Positions 9,065 to 18,562 of a stretch of 64,000 nucleotides of DNA are shown piece after piece. The stretch is taken from NCBI GenBank assembly GCA_963716255.1, contig OY970303.1, forward strand, positions 2,624,001-2,688,000. The letters run 5' to 3'. The DNA comes from an uncultured Gemmatimonadales bacterium (GTDB lineage: Bacteria > Gemmatimonadota > Gemmatimonadetes > Longimicrobiales > Longimicrobiaceae). The notes under the pieces were generated by a model. It saw only the letters and a program-made list of their open reading frames with translations. It was not told the DNA's origin and searched no databases. Every line of letters starts with the position of its first letter. The stretch's first letter is position 1. The position numbers were made by a program, and so were the translations under genes.

Positions 9065-9541
9065 TCACCCTTCGTCCGGCGCGAGCGGCCCGGTCCCGGC
9101 CGCGTAGCGCCCCAGCGCGCGCAGCAGCCGGGCGGCCGTCTCCTTGTCCGCGTCGTCCAGGCCGGCGAGCGCGTGCTCCAGCGCCCGCGCGTGCTCCGGG
9201 AAGATCTGCGCGATGAGCGTTTCGCCCGCCGGGGTGAGTGCCGCGTAGCGCGCCCGGCGGTCCTCCGGGCACTCGCGCCGCTCCACCAGCCCCTTCCGCT
9301 CCAGCCGGTCCACCAGGTAGGTGATACCGCCGCTGGAAACCAGGATCCGCCGCTGCACCTCGCCCAGCAGCATGGGCCCCTTGTGGAAGAGCGCCTCCAG
9401 GATCGCGAACTCGGTGAGCGTGAGCCCGTGCCGCGCCACCTGCGCCGCGGCGTGCCCCGCGATCGCCACCTGTGCCCGCGAAAGCACCACCCAAAGCTTG
9501 AGCGCGAGCGCCTGGTCGTTGTCCGTGGTCTGTACGCTCAT
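9065..9541 (-). CDS. mhqR: MarR family repressor, MhqR-like
   Basis: LKLWVVLSRA..HGLTLTEFAILEALFHKG..SSGGITYLVDRLE..DRR..IFPEH closely resembles B. subtilis MhqR as I recall it; sits next to VOC dioxygenase and hydrolase genes. Confidence 0.8.
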   Translation of the reverse strand: MSVQTTDNDQALALKLWVVLSRAQVAIAGHAAAQVARHGLTLTEFAILEALFHKGPMLLGEVQRRILVSSGGITYLVDRLERKGLVERRECPEDRRARYAALTPAGETLIAQIFPEHARALEHALAGLDDADKETAARLLRALGRYAAGTGPLAPDEG

Positions 9542-9563
9542 CTGCCCCGCTCCCGGGAAAAAA

Positions 9564-9579
9564 ATCTTAGTACTAAGAT
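9564..9579. promoter_or_regulatory. Perfect palindromic operator upstream of marR/mhqR
   Basis: ATCTTAGTACTAAGAT, an AT-rich 16-bp palindrome 22 nt before the ATG. Confidence 0.75.
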
Positions 9580-9617
9580 AACCGATCGCGTGAGGATGTC
9601 AAGGTCCCGCCCGGCGG

Positions 9618-9690
9618 CCCCCACCCGGCTCTCCTGAGGCTCGCCACCTGGGTCCTTCATCCGGTTCACGCGAAGCGTGAAGCGCCGGGG
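9618..9690. repeat. Composite REP-like cluster (reverse orientation)
   Basis: ccccacccggctctcctgaggctcgccacc + ttcatccggttcacgcgaagcgtgaagcg. Confidence 0.7.
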
Positions 9691-9726
9691 TGGGGGGGCC
9701 CCCCGGCGGACGCCAGCGCGAGACCC

Positions 9727-9855
9727 GCGTGAGGGATTTCGGCCCGAAGGGGCGAGACCGCGCGGCTGTTTGCGCGGGCTCGACTCCGTTAGCCCGCGTT
9801 GTTTGCGGGCTTACGGAGCCGAAGCCCGACCCCGGCGCCAGCCGGGGGCACGCCC
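9727..9855 (-). ncRNA. ~130-nt structured dispersed element, copy 3
   Basis: Same termini as the other copies; variable stem AGCCCGC/GCGGGCT; 25 nt after the map stop. Confidence 0.7.
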
Positions 9856-9880
9856 AAACCCGCCGTCAAAGCCGTCGCCG

Positions 9881-10660
9881 TCAAGCAGCCCCGGACGTCG
9901 CAGCCGCAGCCGCCATGCTCCCGGTCAAAAGTCGAGGCCCGGACTCGGTGATGGCGATGGTGTTCTCGTACTGGGCGGCCAGGTTCCCCTGCCCCATGGT
10001 GGCCGTCCAGCCATCCTTGAGGAACGACGCGCTCCCCGCCCGCAGCGACGCCATGGGCTCCAGCGCAAAGGTCATCCCCGGGCGAAGCTGCGGCCCGCGG
10101 CCCGCCTTGCCGTAGTTGGGCACCTGCGGGTCCTCGTGGAACGCCGTGCCGATGCCGTGCCCCACGAACTCCCGCACCACCCACAGCCCCTGCCCTTCCA
10201 CGTGCCGCTGCACCGCCGCGGACACGTCGCCCAGGCGGTTGCCGGGCTGCGCCTCGGCCAGCCCCTTCCAGAAGGCTTCCTCGGTGGTGCGCACCAGGTG
10301 CTCCGCCTCGTCGCTGACGCGGCCCACCCCGAAGGTGCGGGCCATGTCGGCGTAGAAGCCGCGGAAGATGAGGGCGAAGTCCGCCGTGACGATGTCGCCC
10401 TCCCGGAAGGGGACGTCGTCCGGGATGCCGTGCACCACCACCTCGTTGCGGGACAGGCAGATGGTGGCCGGGTACCCCTGGTAGCCGAGCTGCGCGGGCT
10501 TGGCGCCGCGCGCCACGATGCCGTCGTGGGCGATGCGGTCCAGGTCCCTGGGCGTGGTCCCGGCGCGGACCGCCTGCTCCATCTCGCCCATCACCTCGGT
10601 GAGGAGCCGGCCGGCCTCGGCCATGATCTCGATCTCGGCCGGTGTGCGTAAGCAGATCAA
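9881..10660 (-). CDS. map: Type I methionyl aminopeptidase
   Basis: YPATICLSRNEVVVHGIP, DMART, FVGHGIG..FHEDPQVPN, ALEPM; TTG start inferred at 10660. Confidence 0.92.
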   Translation of the reverse strand: MICLRTPAEIEIMAEAGRLLTEVMGEMEQAVRAGTTPRDLDRIAHDGIVARGAKPAQLGYQGYPATICLSRNEVVVHGIPDDVPFREGDIVTADFALIFRGFYADMARTFGVGRVSDEAEHLVRTTEEAFWKGLAEAQPGNRLGDVSAAVQRHVEGQGLWVVREFVGHGIGTAFHEDPQVPNYGKAGRGPQLRPGMTFALEPMASLRAGSASFLKDGWTATMGQGNLAAQYENTIAITESGPRLLTGSMAAAAATSGAA

Positions 10661-10789
10661 CGTGCTGCCCCTGGATGAGGGTCGGCGGCCGACGGTGCGG
10701 CGCCTCGCGATGCGTCCCGCATGAATAACGGAGATCGGGCCCGGCGCGCAAGTCGGGGGCCGCGGCGGCGATAGCGCGTGCGCGCCATG

Positions 10790-10830
10790 AAAAAGGGGCG
10801 GGGGCCCGCCGCGTGGACGGGCCCCCGCCC
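10790..10830 (-). terminator. Probable terminator after the 10878 gene
   Basis: AAAAA-GGGGCGGGGGCCCG...CGGGCCCCCGCCCC, giving a U-tract on the minus strand. Confidence 0.6.
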
Positions 10831-10877
10831 CGGGCCCGGCCGCCCCGTGCGGGCGGCTCGGGTCCTGCGCGGCAGGC

Positions 10878-11240
10878 TCAGGCCTGCGGCGCGGCCTCGG
10901 TGTTCTCGGCGGCTTCGGTGTTCTCGGCGGGCGCGGGCTCGTCGTCCCGGGCGTAGTCCGGGATCTCGAAGGCAAGGTCACCCTTGCAGAACGCCTCCCA
11001 CTCCGGGGACGTCTGGTCGAAGACGACGTTCTCGTCCTTGAAGATCCCGTCGGTGACGACCAGGTTCTCCTGCAGGTAGAGGATGTCGTCGTCCTTGAGC
11101 TCGGTGCGCTCGACCTCGACCTCCTTGCCGTTCACTTCCTGCTTGTCCTTGCGCAGGCCGGCCACGTTCTCCTTCCACCCGGGAAACTTGCGGAAGTCCG
11201 CAGCATAGTAGGCCTTGCAGTATCTTCCCATCTCAGCCAT
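10878..11240 (-). CDS. Hypothetical acidic protein (MAEMGRYCKAY...), 120 aa
   Basis: AGGAGA RBS, strongly biased codon use, globular-looking sequence with a C-terminal AENTEA repeat. Confidence 0.85.
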   Translation of the reverse strand: MAEMGRYCKAYYAADFRKFPGWKENVAGLRKDKQEVNGKEVEVERTELKDDDILYLQENLVVTDGIFKDENVVFDQTSPEWEAFCKGDLAFEIPDYARDDEPAPAENTEAAENTEAAPQA

Positions 11241-11569
11241 CCGACGGTCTCCTTGCCAACGGTGAGGAATCGCGCCCGCCGCACCGGTCCTCCCCCGCCG
11301 CGCCTCGATTCGGTGGGTGTATCGGTTCCGGGAAGTGCGGAGGCGGGCGATGACAGCATCGCATCGTACACGACAGACTAGGCAAGATCCGCCCGAATTG
11401 CAAGGGGCACGACGAAAGGGCGCATAGGGATCAGGCAATCCCTGCCCTTCCGGTCCCGAACCCTTTTCCCCGGCGCCCGCGTATTCTATGCTGTCGCTCC
11501 CGCGGGGGCGGCGAGGAGTTTGCGAAGCCCTTCCGCGGGTGACGCTCGCATCGTGCACCGCCGGGAGAC

Positions 11570-12844
11570 ATGGAGAACTACCAGCTCGCCGTTCCGCAGC
11601 TCGCGGACGAGGAGGCAAAGCGGGTCCAGCTGGAGCGGATGAAGCTCCGGGCCACGGGGCTCCTCGTGGTCGCGGCGCTCGTCTACGTGGCCGCGCGGGT
11701 GCTGGAGGCGCGGTACCCCTGGCTGGGATACGTGCGCGCCACCGCCGAGGCGGGGATGATCGGCGGGATCGCGGACTGGTTCGCGGTCACGGCGCTGTTC
11801 CGCCACCCCATGGGGATCCCCATCCCGCACACGGCGATCGTCTCGGCGCGCAAGGACAAGATCGGCCTGAGCCTGGGGCGCTTCGTCCAGAACAACTTCC
11901 TGTCGCGCGACGTCATCGTCCACAAGCTGCGCTCCGTGGGCGCGGCCCGGAAGATGGCGGACTGGCTGGCGAACCCGGAGAACGCGCACACCCTGTCGCA
12001 GCACACCTCGGCGGCGATCACCGGGCTCATCCAGGTGCTGCGCGACGAGGACGTGCAGGAGCTCATCGACCAGAGCATCACCACGCGCGTCCGCAAGACG
12101 CAGGTGGCGCCGCTCATGGGGCAGGTGCTGGGGGTGGTGACGGCGGAGAACCGCCACCAGGAGCTGCTGGTGGCGGCGCTGCGCATGGTGGCCCGCGTGG
12201 TGGACGAGAACCGCGACGTGCTCCGCAGCCGCATCGGCGAGGAAACGCCCTGGTGGTTCCCCACGGCTGTGGACGACCGCATCTACCAGAAGGTGGTGGC
12301 CGGCATCGAGCACACGCTCCAGGAGGTGAGCGTGGACCCGGACCACCCGCTGCGCGCCCGCTTCAACGAGGCCATGGACGAGTTCGTGGAGAAGCTGAAG
12401 AGCTCGCCGGAGATGATCGCGCGCGGGGAGGCGCTCAAGGAGGAGGTGCTCCAGCACCCTGCGGTGCGCAGCTACTCGGCCTCGCTCTGGGGGGAGATGA
12501 AGGAGTCGCTGCTGCGCCACAACGCGGACCCGGAGTCGCGCTTCCGGCAGCGGGTGGAGCGGGCGGTCTCCGCCTTCGGCGAGTCGCTGCAGAGCGACGA
12601 GGACCTGCTGGGGAAGGTGGAGGGGTGGATCGAGGGCGCCGTGCTGTACGTGGTGGAGCAGTACCGCCACGAGGTCGCGGACCTGATCTCCACCACGGTG
12701 GCGGCGTGGCCGGCGGAGGACACCTCGCGCAAGATCGAGCTGCAGATCGGCAAGGACCTGCAGTTCATCCGCATCAACGGGACGCTGGTGGGCGGGCTGG
12801 CGGGGCTGATCATCTACACGCTGTCGCAGCTGTTCGGCGGGTAG
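11570..12844 (+). CDS. DUF445 family membrane protein
   Basis: AEAGMIGGIADWFAVTALFRHP..IPHTAI and GKDLQFIRINGTLVGGL. Confidence 0.92.
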   Translation: MENYQLAVPQLADEEAKRVQLERMKLRATGLLVVAALVYVAARVLEARYPWLGYVRATAEAGMIGGIADWFAVTALFRHPMGIPIPHTAIVSARKDKIGLSLGRFVQNNFLSRDVIVHKLRSVGAARKMADWLANPENAHTLSQHTSAAITGLIQVLRDEDVQELIDQSITTRVRKTQVAPLMGQVLGVVTAENRHQELLVAALRMVARVVDENRDVLRSRIGEETPWWFPTAVDDRIYQKVVAGIEHTLQEVSVDPDHPLRARFNEAMDEFVEKLKSSPEMIARGEALKEEVLQHPAVRSYSASLWGEMKESLLRHNADPESRFRQRVERAVSAFGESLQSDEDLLGKVEGWIEGAVLYVVEQYRHEVADLISTTVAAWPAEDTSRKIELQIGKDLQFIRINGTLVGGLAGLIIYTLSQLFGG

Positions 12845-13171
12845 GTCCCGCGGCGCGCCAGGCGCGCGAAGGTCCCGCTCCCCGGCCGGGGAGCGGGACC
12901 TCGACGTGTGCGCCGGCGAGACCGGGCGGCCGGATCAGTTGAGGAACCTTCGGGACAGTCTTTTAGCGTACCGGCACCTGTCCGGAACCGCCCGGTCCGA
13001 GCGCCCCGCGCGCGATGGAAGACTCTTGATCCGCTCCCGTGCGGGATGCACTTTGCTGCTCCGCCGGACCGCTCCCCCGCGCCTCCCTCCCCTAAGTCCT
13101 CACCTACTCCCGCGCCGGTATCCGTGAAACGAGCGAAGAAGCCAGCGAAAAAGCGGGCGAAGACGCGAGCG

Positions 13172-14065
13172 ATGAAGTGGCCCGTCCGCCTGCTCGCCGG
13201 ACTGTTGGTGGCGGCGGCGCTGGCGCTCGCCGCCGTGTACGGCGTCAGCGAGGCCCGCATGCGCAGGACGTACCGCGTGGACCCGGGCCCCGTCGTCGTC
13301 CGCACCGGCGCGGACGCCGTCCGCCAGGGCGCCCACCTGGCCGTGGTGCGCGGCTGCGCCGACTGCCACGGAAAGGACCTGGCCGGGCGGACGTTCATCG
13401 ACGAGCCGCCCATGGCCCGGCTGACCGCCACCAACCTGACGGCGGGCCGGGGCGGCGTGGCCAGGGGCTACACCGACGCCGACTGGGTGCGCGCCATCCG
13501 CCACGGCGTGGCGCCGGACGGCAGGCCGCTCCTGTTCATGCCCTCGCAGGAGTTCAACCCGCTGGGCGACGACGACGTGGGCGCGCTGGTGGCCTACCTC
13601 AAGAGCCTCCCCCCGGTGGACAGCGACCACCCCGCCAACACGGTGGGGCCGCTGGGGCGGGCGCTGTTCGTGGCGGGCGAGCTGGTGCTGCTCCCGGCCG
13701 AGGTCATCGACCACGCCGCTCCACGGCCGGCGGCGCCCGCGCCGGGAGCCACCGCGGAATACGGGGGCTACCTCGCCACCGGGTGCACCGGCTGCCACGG
13801 CGCGGGCTTCTCCGGGGGCAGGATCCCCGGGACGCCGCCGGACTGGAAGGCCGCCGCCAACATCACCCCGGAACCGTCCACGGGACTGGGCCGCTGGACC
13901 GAGCAGGACTTCTTCCGTGCCCTGCGCACCGGCAAGCGCCCCAACGGCAGCGACATCGATTCGCTGATGCCGTGGAAGGGGCTGGCCACCCTGACGGACA
14001 CCGAGCTGCTGGCGCTCTGGCTGTACCTGCGGACGGTGCCGGCGAAGCCGTACGGGAATCGCTGA
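13172..14065 (+). CDS. Membrane-anchored diheme c-type cytochrome
   Basis: CADCH and CTGCH heme motifs, N-terminal TM; alternative GTG start at 13124. Confidence 0.88.
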   Translation: MKWPVRLLAGLLVAAALALAAVYGVSEARMRRTYRVDPGPVVVRTGADAVRQGAHLAVVRGCADCHGKDLAGRTFIDEPPMARLTATNLTAGRGGVARGYTDADWVRAIRHGVAPDGRPLLFMPSQEFNPLGDDDVGALVAYLKSLPPVDSDHPANTVGPLGRALFVAGELVLLPAEVIDHAAPRPAAPAPGATAEYGGYLATGCTGCHGAGFSGGRIPGTPPDWKAAANITPEPSTGLGRWTEQDFFRALRTGKRPNGSDIDSLMPWKGLATLTDTELLALWLYLRTVPAKPYGNR

Positions 14066-14085
14066 CGGCTTTGAACAGCGGGTTC

Positions 14086-14214
14086 GGGCGTGACCCCGGC
14101 TGGCGCCGGGGTCGGGCTTCGGCTCCGTAGAGCAGCAAACGACGCTGCTCAACGGAGTCGAGCCCCGCGAAACTGCCCGCGGGTCTCGCCCCTTCGGGCC
14201 GTAATCCCTCACGC
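14086..14214 (+). ncRNA. ~130-nt structured dispersed element, copy 4
   Basis: Variable stem GAGCAGC/GCTGCTC; 20 nt after the cytochrome stop. Confidence 0.7.
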
Positions 14215-14225
14215 GGACGGCTGAA

Positions 14226-14268
14226 ACGAAGCCCGCCCCCGATCCGGTGGATCGGGGGCGGGCTTCGT
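14226..14268. terminator. Hairpin between convergent genes
   Basis: ACGAAGCCCGCCCCCGATCC-GGT-GGATCGGGGGCGGGCTTCGT, a perfect 20-bp stem. Confidence 0.7.
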
Positions 14269-14287
14269 CTGATGGGCCCGGGTCGGC

Positions 14288-14560
14288 TCAGGAGTTGCCG
14301 CGCTTCCTGCCGTTGTTGCCGTTTCCGTTGTTGCCGCCCTTCTTGTGGCCGCGGCCCTGGCCGTTGTTGCCGTTGGGCGTGTCGCCGTTGCGCTTCACGC
14401 GCGTGCGGTTCCGGGCGGCCGCGCCGGACGAGCCGGTGGTGCCGCGGGACACGCGCGGGCCCCAGTCCGGGGAGGTGCGGTTGTTGCCCGAGCAGGCGCC
14501 CACCGTGGCGATGGCGCAGGCGAGCGCCAGGACTCCGATTCCCCGGCGGATGTTCTTCAT
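14288..14560 (-). CDS. Small basic Gly/Asn-rich lipoprotein
   Basis: Signal peptide with lipobox VGAC; tail GNNGQGRGHKKGGNNGNGNNGRKRGNS. Confidence 0.7.
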   Translation of the reverse strand: MKNIRRGIGVLALACAIATVGACSGNNRTSPDWGPRVSRGTTGSSGAAARNRTRVKRNGDTPNGNNGQGRGHKKGGNNGNGNNGRKRGNS

Positions 14561-14629
14561 GGTCGGTGCTCGTTCCGGGTGACTGCGGACGCACGCGGAA
14601 AGCTGCGGCGCCTCTTCGCGGGGGAGGAA

Positions 14630-14645
14630 TGCAAGCGCCGCGCCC
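14630..14645 (-). promoter_or_regulatory. Possible sigma-54 promoter
   Basis: Minus strand GGGCGCGGCGCTTGCA (GG-N10-GC, TTGCA) about 70 nt upstream of the 14560 start. Confidence 0.35.
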
Positions 14646-14654
14646 GGCTCGCCC

Positions 14655-16694
14655 TCACTCCGCCGCGAACACCCCCGCCTCCCGGAGCTTCTTCAGCAGC
14701 GCGGAGCGCGCCGAGCGCTCCGTGTCGGCCAGCTCCAGCACGGTGTCCGTCACCGCCCGCACCGTTTTTCCTCCCGCCGACAGCACGCGCGCCGCGGTCT
14801 CCGCGTCCGGGCACTCCACGAGCACCGCCGGGCGCAGGCGGACGCGCCGGGTCGCCGCGAACCAGTCGCGCAGCTGGCGCACCACGTTCGCCGGGAGCTC
14901 GTGCCTGGAGGCGGCCGCCAGCGTCTCGAGCACCCGGTCCGCCGTGAAGCCGGCCTCCGCGGCGGCCAGGACCGAGCGGCGGGTGATGCGGAACAGCGTC
15001 CCCGGCCCCTTTCCCGCCCGCTCCGCGAAGCGGGCGATCCGGGCCTCCACCCCCGGCGCCGGCCCCAGGAACACCACCTCGAAGTTGGGCTGTACGACCA
15101 CCCCCGCCCCGCCCCCACCGGCGCCTTCGTACTCCAGCCGCTCCTCCGCACCCAGCAGGTACCGCCCGACCGGGGTGAGGGCGAAGGCGGGCGTGCCGTC
15201 CTCCGTGCGGCCCATGCGCGCCCCGCCCAACGGGACGAGCCGGAGCGAGATCATCGTCGCCAGCACCTCCCTCCACAGCCGCTCCCATTCCTGCCGCGTG
15301 GTGGGGCGGCCCCACTGGACCCGCAGGGCGCCGGGATTCTTGGCCAGGAGGCGCAGGAACGGATTTTCCGCGCGCCCGCGGTGATCCAGGAACGCTCCGA
15401 GCTCCAGCATCCCACCGGGTGGCACCTCCAGGAAGGCGCGCGTCACCCAGTTCCGCAGGTCCATGCCGGCGGGCGCGGTGAACCCCAGGGTGACCGGAAA
15501 GAACCCCACCTTGCTCCCGGCCCCGTACCAGCTCCCGGGGGCTCGCTCGTCCGAGCCGCGGATGGGGGCGATCAGCGCGTCCAGGCGCTCCCCGTCCGGC
15601 AGGTCCAGCCAGCGCAGACCCTTCTTGGTGGGCGCGAGGCGCAGCCCCTGTCCCGCCTTTTCGCCGGCCTTGGCGAGGTCCATCGCGTGGAGCAGCCGGG
15701 CCGCGGTCTCCACCCGCGTCTCCGGGTCCGCCCCCAGCGTCTCCGCCACCCAGTCCGGCAGGGACACCAGGCGGTCCTCGATCGCCTCCCGCGTCCGCGC
15801 GAACACGGCCCCGTCGTTCGCCCGCAGGCGGAGCGGCTCGGCCGCCGCCGCGGTGAGCACCGTGGTCATGTCCTCCAGGCGGAACGCCGCCTCGAAAGTT
15901 TCCGCCACCTCCACCGGCGCGGGCGGGCCCTGCGCGGCCCGCCGGAGGCGCACCGCCACGTCCGGCCACACCCCCACCGTGGGCACCAGGGCGTCCGTCA
16001 TGGACGCGAAGAGCAGCAGGTAGCGGAGGCACCCGCGGATCGCCGCGGCCAGCACGGCCGCGTCCACCTCCGGGAAGCGGGCCGGGAGGTCGCCCAGCGG
16101 CACCCCGGCGGGCTCGGCCACGAGGCCGCGCAGCAGGACGCGGGCGGCGTCCAGCACCGCCGCTTCCGTGAAGACGGGCGGCACGGGCAGGGATGGCTGC
16201 CCGCGCTCCCACGCCGTGGAGCGCTTGCGCTCCCAGTCGGCCACCGCTTTCGGGGACTCCGCCGCGAGCAGACCCTCCACCCACTCCTCGCCCGACACGC
16301 GGTCGGCGAGGAGCACGCGGAGGTAATAGGCGTTGGAGCCGTAGCCCTGGTCACCCAGCAGCGCCTGGAGGTCCGGCGTGGTGAACACGTCCTCCAGGTA
16401 CGTGACCAGGCCGCCCGTGGAGGGTGCCTCCCAGAGGCGGTGGTGGTCCATCGCCCGCAGCGCCGTGTGAAAGGGGCGCCAGCGCTCGGCGACGACGGCC
16501 CGGACCCCCGTTGGGCTCAGCGACACCAGCCCGGCCTTCACCAGCTCGTCGGCGCCCCCGCGCAGCTCCTCCACCCTCGCCCCCGCGACGCCCGGCTTCA
16601 TCGCCAGGTAGGCCGCGCGCACCGGCTGCGAGAGCCGCTCCCACGCGGGCATCAGGGCGACCATCCCGGCCCAGTCGATCTCGAAGTGCTTCAT
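14655..16694 (-). CDS. XPB-associated protein with a C-terminal Helicase_C_3-like domain
   Basis: VVVQPNFEV...FAER...FRITRRSV..A..AG...LPANV..QLRDW; start overlaps the helicase stop. Confidence 0.75.
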   Translation of the reverse strand: MKHFEIDWAGMVALMPAWERLSQPVRAAYLAMKPGVAGARVEELRGGADELVKAGLVSLSPTGVRAVVAERWRPFHTALRAMDHHRLWEAPSTGGLVTYLEDVFTTPDLQALLGDQGYGSNAYYLRVLLADRVSGEEWVEGLLAAESPKAVADWERKRSTAWERGQPSLPVPPVFTEAAVLDAARVLLRGLVAEPAGVPLGDLPARFPEVDAAVLAAAIRGCLRYLLLFASMTDALVPTVGVWPDVAVRLRRAAQGPPAPVEVAETFEAAFRLEDMTTVLTAAAAEPLRLRANDGAVFARTREAIEDRLVSLPDWVAETLGADPETRVETAARLLHAMDLAKAGEKAGQGLRLAPTKKGLRWLDLPDGERLDALIAPIRGSDERAPGSWYGAGSKVGFFPVTLGFTAPAGMDLRNWVTRAFLEVPPGGMLELGAFLDHRGRAENPFLRLLAKNPGALRVQWGRPTTRQEWERLWREVLATMISLRLVPLGGARMGRTEDGTPAFALTPVGRYLLGAEERLEYEGAGGGGAGVVVQPNFEVVFLGPAPGVEARIARFAERAGKGPGTLFRITRRSVLAAAEAGFTADRVLETLAAASRHELPANVVRQLRDWFAATRRVRLRPAVLVECPDAETAARVLSAGGKTVRAVTDTVLELADTERSARSALLKKLREAGVFAAE

Positions 16695-18376
16695 CCGCCC
16701 ACCTCGTCCGCGTCGAGGATCCGGTACTCGTAGCCCTGCTCGCACAGGAATAGCTGGCGCTTGAGGGCGAACTCCTGCTCCACCGTGTCGCGCGACACCA
16801 GCGAGTAGAAGTGCGCCTGGTTCTCGCCCGGCTTGGGGCGGAGGATGCGGCCCAGCCGCTGCGCCTCCTCCTGCCGCGAGCCGAAGGTGCCCGACACCTG
16901 CACCGCCACCGCCGCGTCCGGCAGGTCCACGGCGAAGTTGGCGACCTTGGAAACCGCCAGCACGGGGATGCGCCCCCGGCGGAACTCCTCGTAGATGCGG
17001 TCGCGCGCCCGCTGCCCGGTGTTGCCGGTGATGACGGGGACGTCCAGCTCCGTGGCGATCTCCCGCAGCTGGTCCAGGTACATGCCGACGACCAGCGCCG
17101 GCTCGTCGGGGTGCAGGCGCAGGATCTCCCGCACGACCTCCGCCTTGGCCGGGTTCTCGGAGGCGATGCGGAAGCGCTCGCGGGCCTCGGCGACGGCGTA
17201 AGGCATGCGCAGCTCCTCGGGCATGGGCACCCGCACCTCGGTGCACACCGCCTTCGCGATCCATCCCTGTCCCTCCAGGACCTTCCAGGGAACGTCCGCC
17301 TTCTTGGGGCCGATGAGGGCGAACACGTCGTCCTCGCGGCCGTCCTCGCGCACCAGCGTGGCGGTGAGTCCCAGGCGGCGGCGCGCCTGGAGCCCCGCGG
17401 TCACCTGGAAGACGGGCGCGGGGAGCAGGTGCACCTCGTCGTAGACGATCAGCCCCCAGTCGCGCCGGTCGAAGAGCTCCAGGTGCGTGAAGGGCCCCTG
17501 CGCGCTGTCGCGGTGGGTGAGCACCTGGTAGGTGGCGACGGTGACCGGCCGCACCTCCTTGCAGGCGCCGCTGTACTCGCCCACCTGGTCCGGGTGGAGG
17601 GTGGTCTTGTCCAGCAGCTCCGCGATCCACTGGCGGATGGCGGTGACGCCGGTGGTCAGCACCAGCGTGGACGCCTCCACCTCGGCCATGCACGCCATCC
17701 CCACGATGGTCTTCCCCGCGCCGCAGGGGAGCACCACCACCCCCGAGCCGCCCCGCTCCGAGCCCGCCGCGTGGAAGGCCAGAGCGGCTTCCTTCTGGTA
17801 GGTGCGCAGCGCGAAGGCGGCCCCGGAGCGCGCCTCGTCCCGCAGCCCGATGGACAGCGGCTCCCCCGGGGTGTAGCCGGCCAGGTCCTCCGCCGGCCAC
17901 CCCGCCTTGACGAGCGCCTGCTTGAGCCTGCCCCGCGCCTCCGGCTCCACCCGGAACACCGTGGCGGTGGCCCGCTCCCCCAGCAGCGGCGCCACCTGGC
18001 GGTGCCGCGCGATCTCCTCGGCCAGCGGCGCGCCCTCCGCCTCCAGGCGCAGGCCGTCCGCGTCGCGCAGCAGCCGGATCCGGCCGTAGCGCGAGGCGTG
18101 GTCGCGGATCCCCGTTTCCACGTGCGGGGGGACCGGGTACTTGGCGAGCTCCCGCAGCGCGCCGGCGATCTCCGCGGGGTCGGCGCCCATGGCGCAGGCG
18201 TTCCAGACGGAGAGCGGGGTGATGCGGTAGGTGTGGACGTGCTCGGGCGACTTTACCAGCTCCGCAAAGCGCGCGAGCTGGTCGCGCGCCTCGGCGTAGC
18301 GGGGGCTGTCCACCTCCACCAGGACGGTGTAGTCGCCCTGTACGATCAGCGGGTTCTCGGGCCTGTATCCCGTCAT
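16691..18376 (-). CDS. XPB/Ssl2-like DNA repair helicase
   Basis: PLIVQGD..LVKSPEHVHTYRITPLSVWNA, LPCGAGKT, DEVH, GLTATL, QEEAQRLGRILRPK. Confidence 0.93.
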   Translation of the reverse strand: MTGYRPENPLIVQGDYTVLVEVDSPRYAEARDQLARFAELVKSPEHVHTYRITPLSVWNACAMGADPAEIAGALRELAKYPVPPHVETGIRDHASRYGRIRLLRDADGLRLEAEGAPLAEEIARHRQVAPLLGERATATVFRVEPEARGRLKQALVKAGWPAEDLAGYTPGEPLSIGLRDEARSGAAFALRTYQKEAALAFHAAGSERGGSGVVVLPCGAGKTIVGMACMAEVEASTLVLTTGVTAIRQWIAELLDKTTLHPDQVGEYSGACKEVRPVTVATYQVLTHRDSAQGPFTHLELFDRRDWGLIVYDEVHLLPAPVFQVTAGLQARRRLGLTATLVREDGREDDVFALIGPKKADVPWKVLEGQGWIAKAVCTEVRVPMPEELRMPYAVAEARERFRIASENPAKAEVVREILRLHPDEPALVVGMYLDQLREIATELDVPVITGNTGQRARDRIYEEFRRGRIPVLAVSKVANFAVDLPDAAVAVQVSGTFGSRQEEAQRLGRILRPKPGENQAHFYSLVSRDTVEQEFALKRQLFLCEQGYEYRILDADEVGG

Positions 18377-18496
18377 CGCTCGCGTCCACGGGGATCGGTT
18401 CTGCCGCGGCGGATCGGCCGCCCGATACAGTATCGCCCGGGCCGCCTGCGGAAAAGTGGACGGAGCGAACACGGGGGGCGGCGCCGGGCGATTTCG

Positions 18497-18512
18497 TGGC
18501 AAGTGTATTGCT
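18497..18512 (+). promoter_or_regulatory. Possible sigma-54 promoter
   Basis: TGGCAAG-TGTA-TTGCT with correct -24/-12 spacing, about 50 nt before ATG 18563. Confidence 0.5.
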
Positions 18513-18562
18513 ATCATCGTGCTGCCACGGAGGCGGCAACCATCTGGCGCGAGCGGGGAGCG

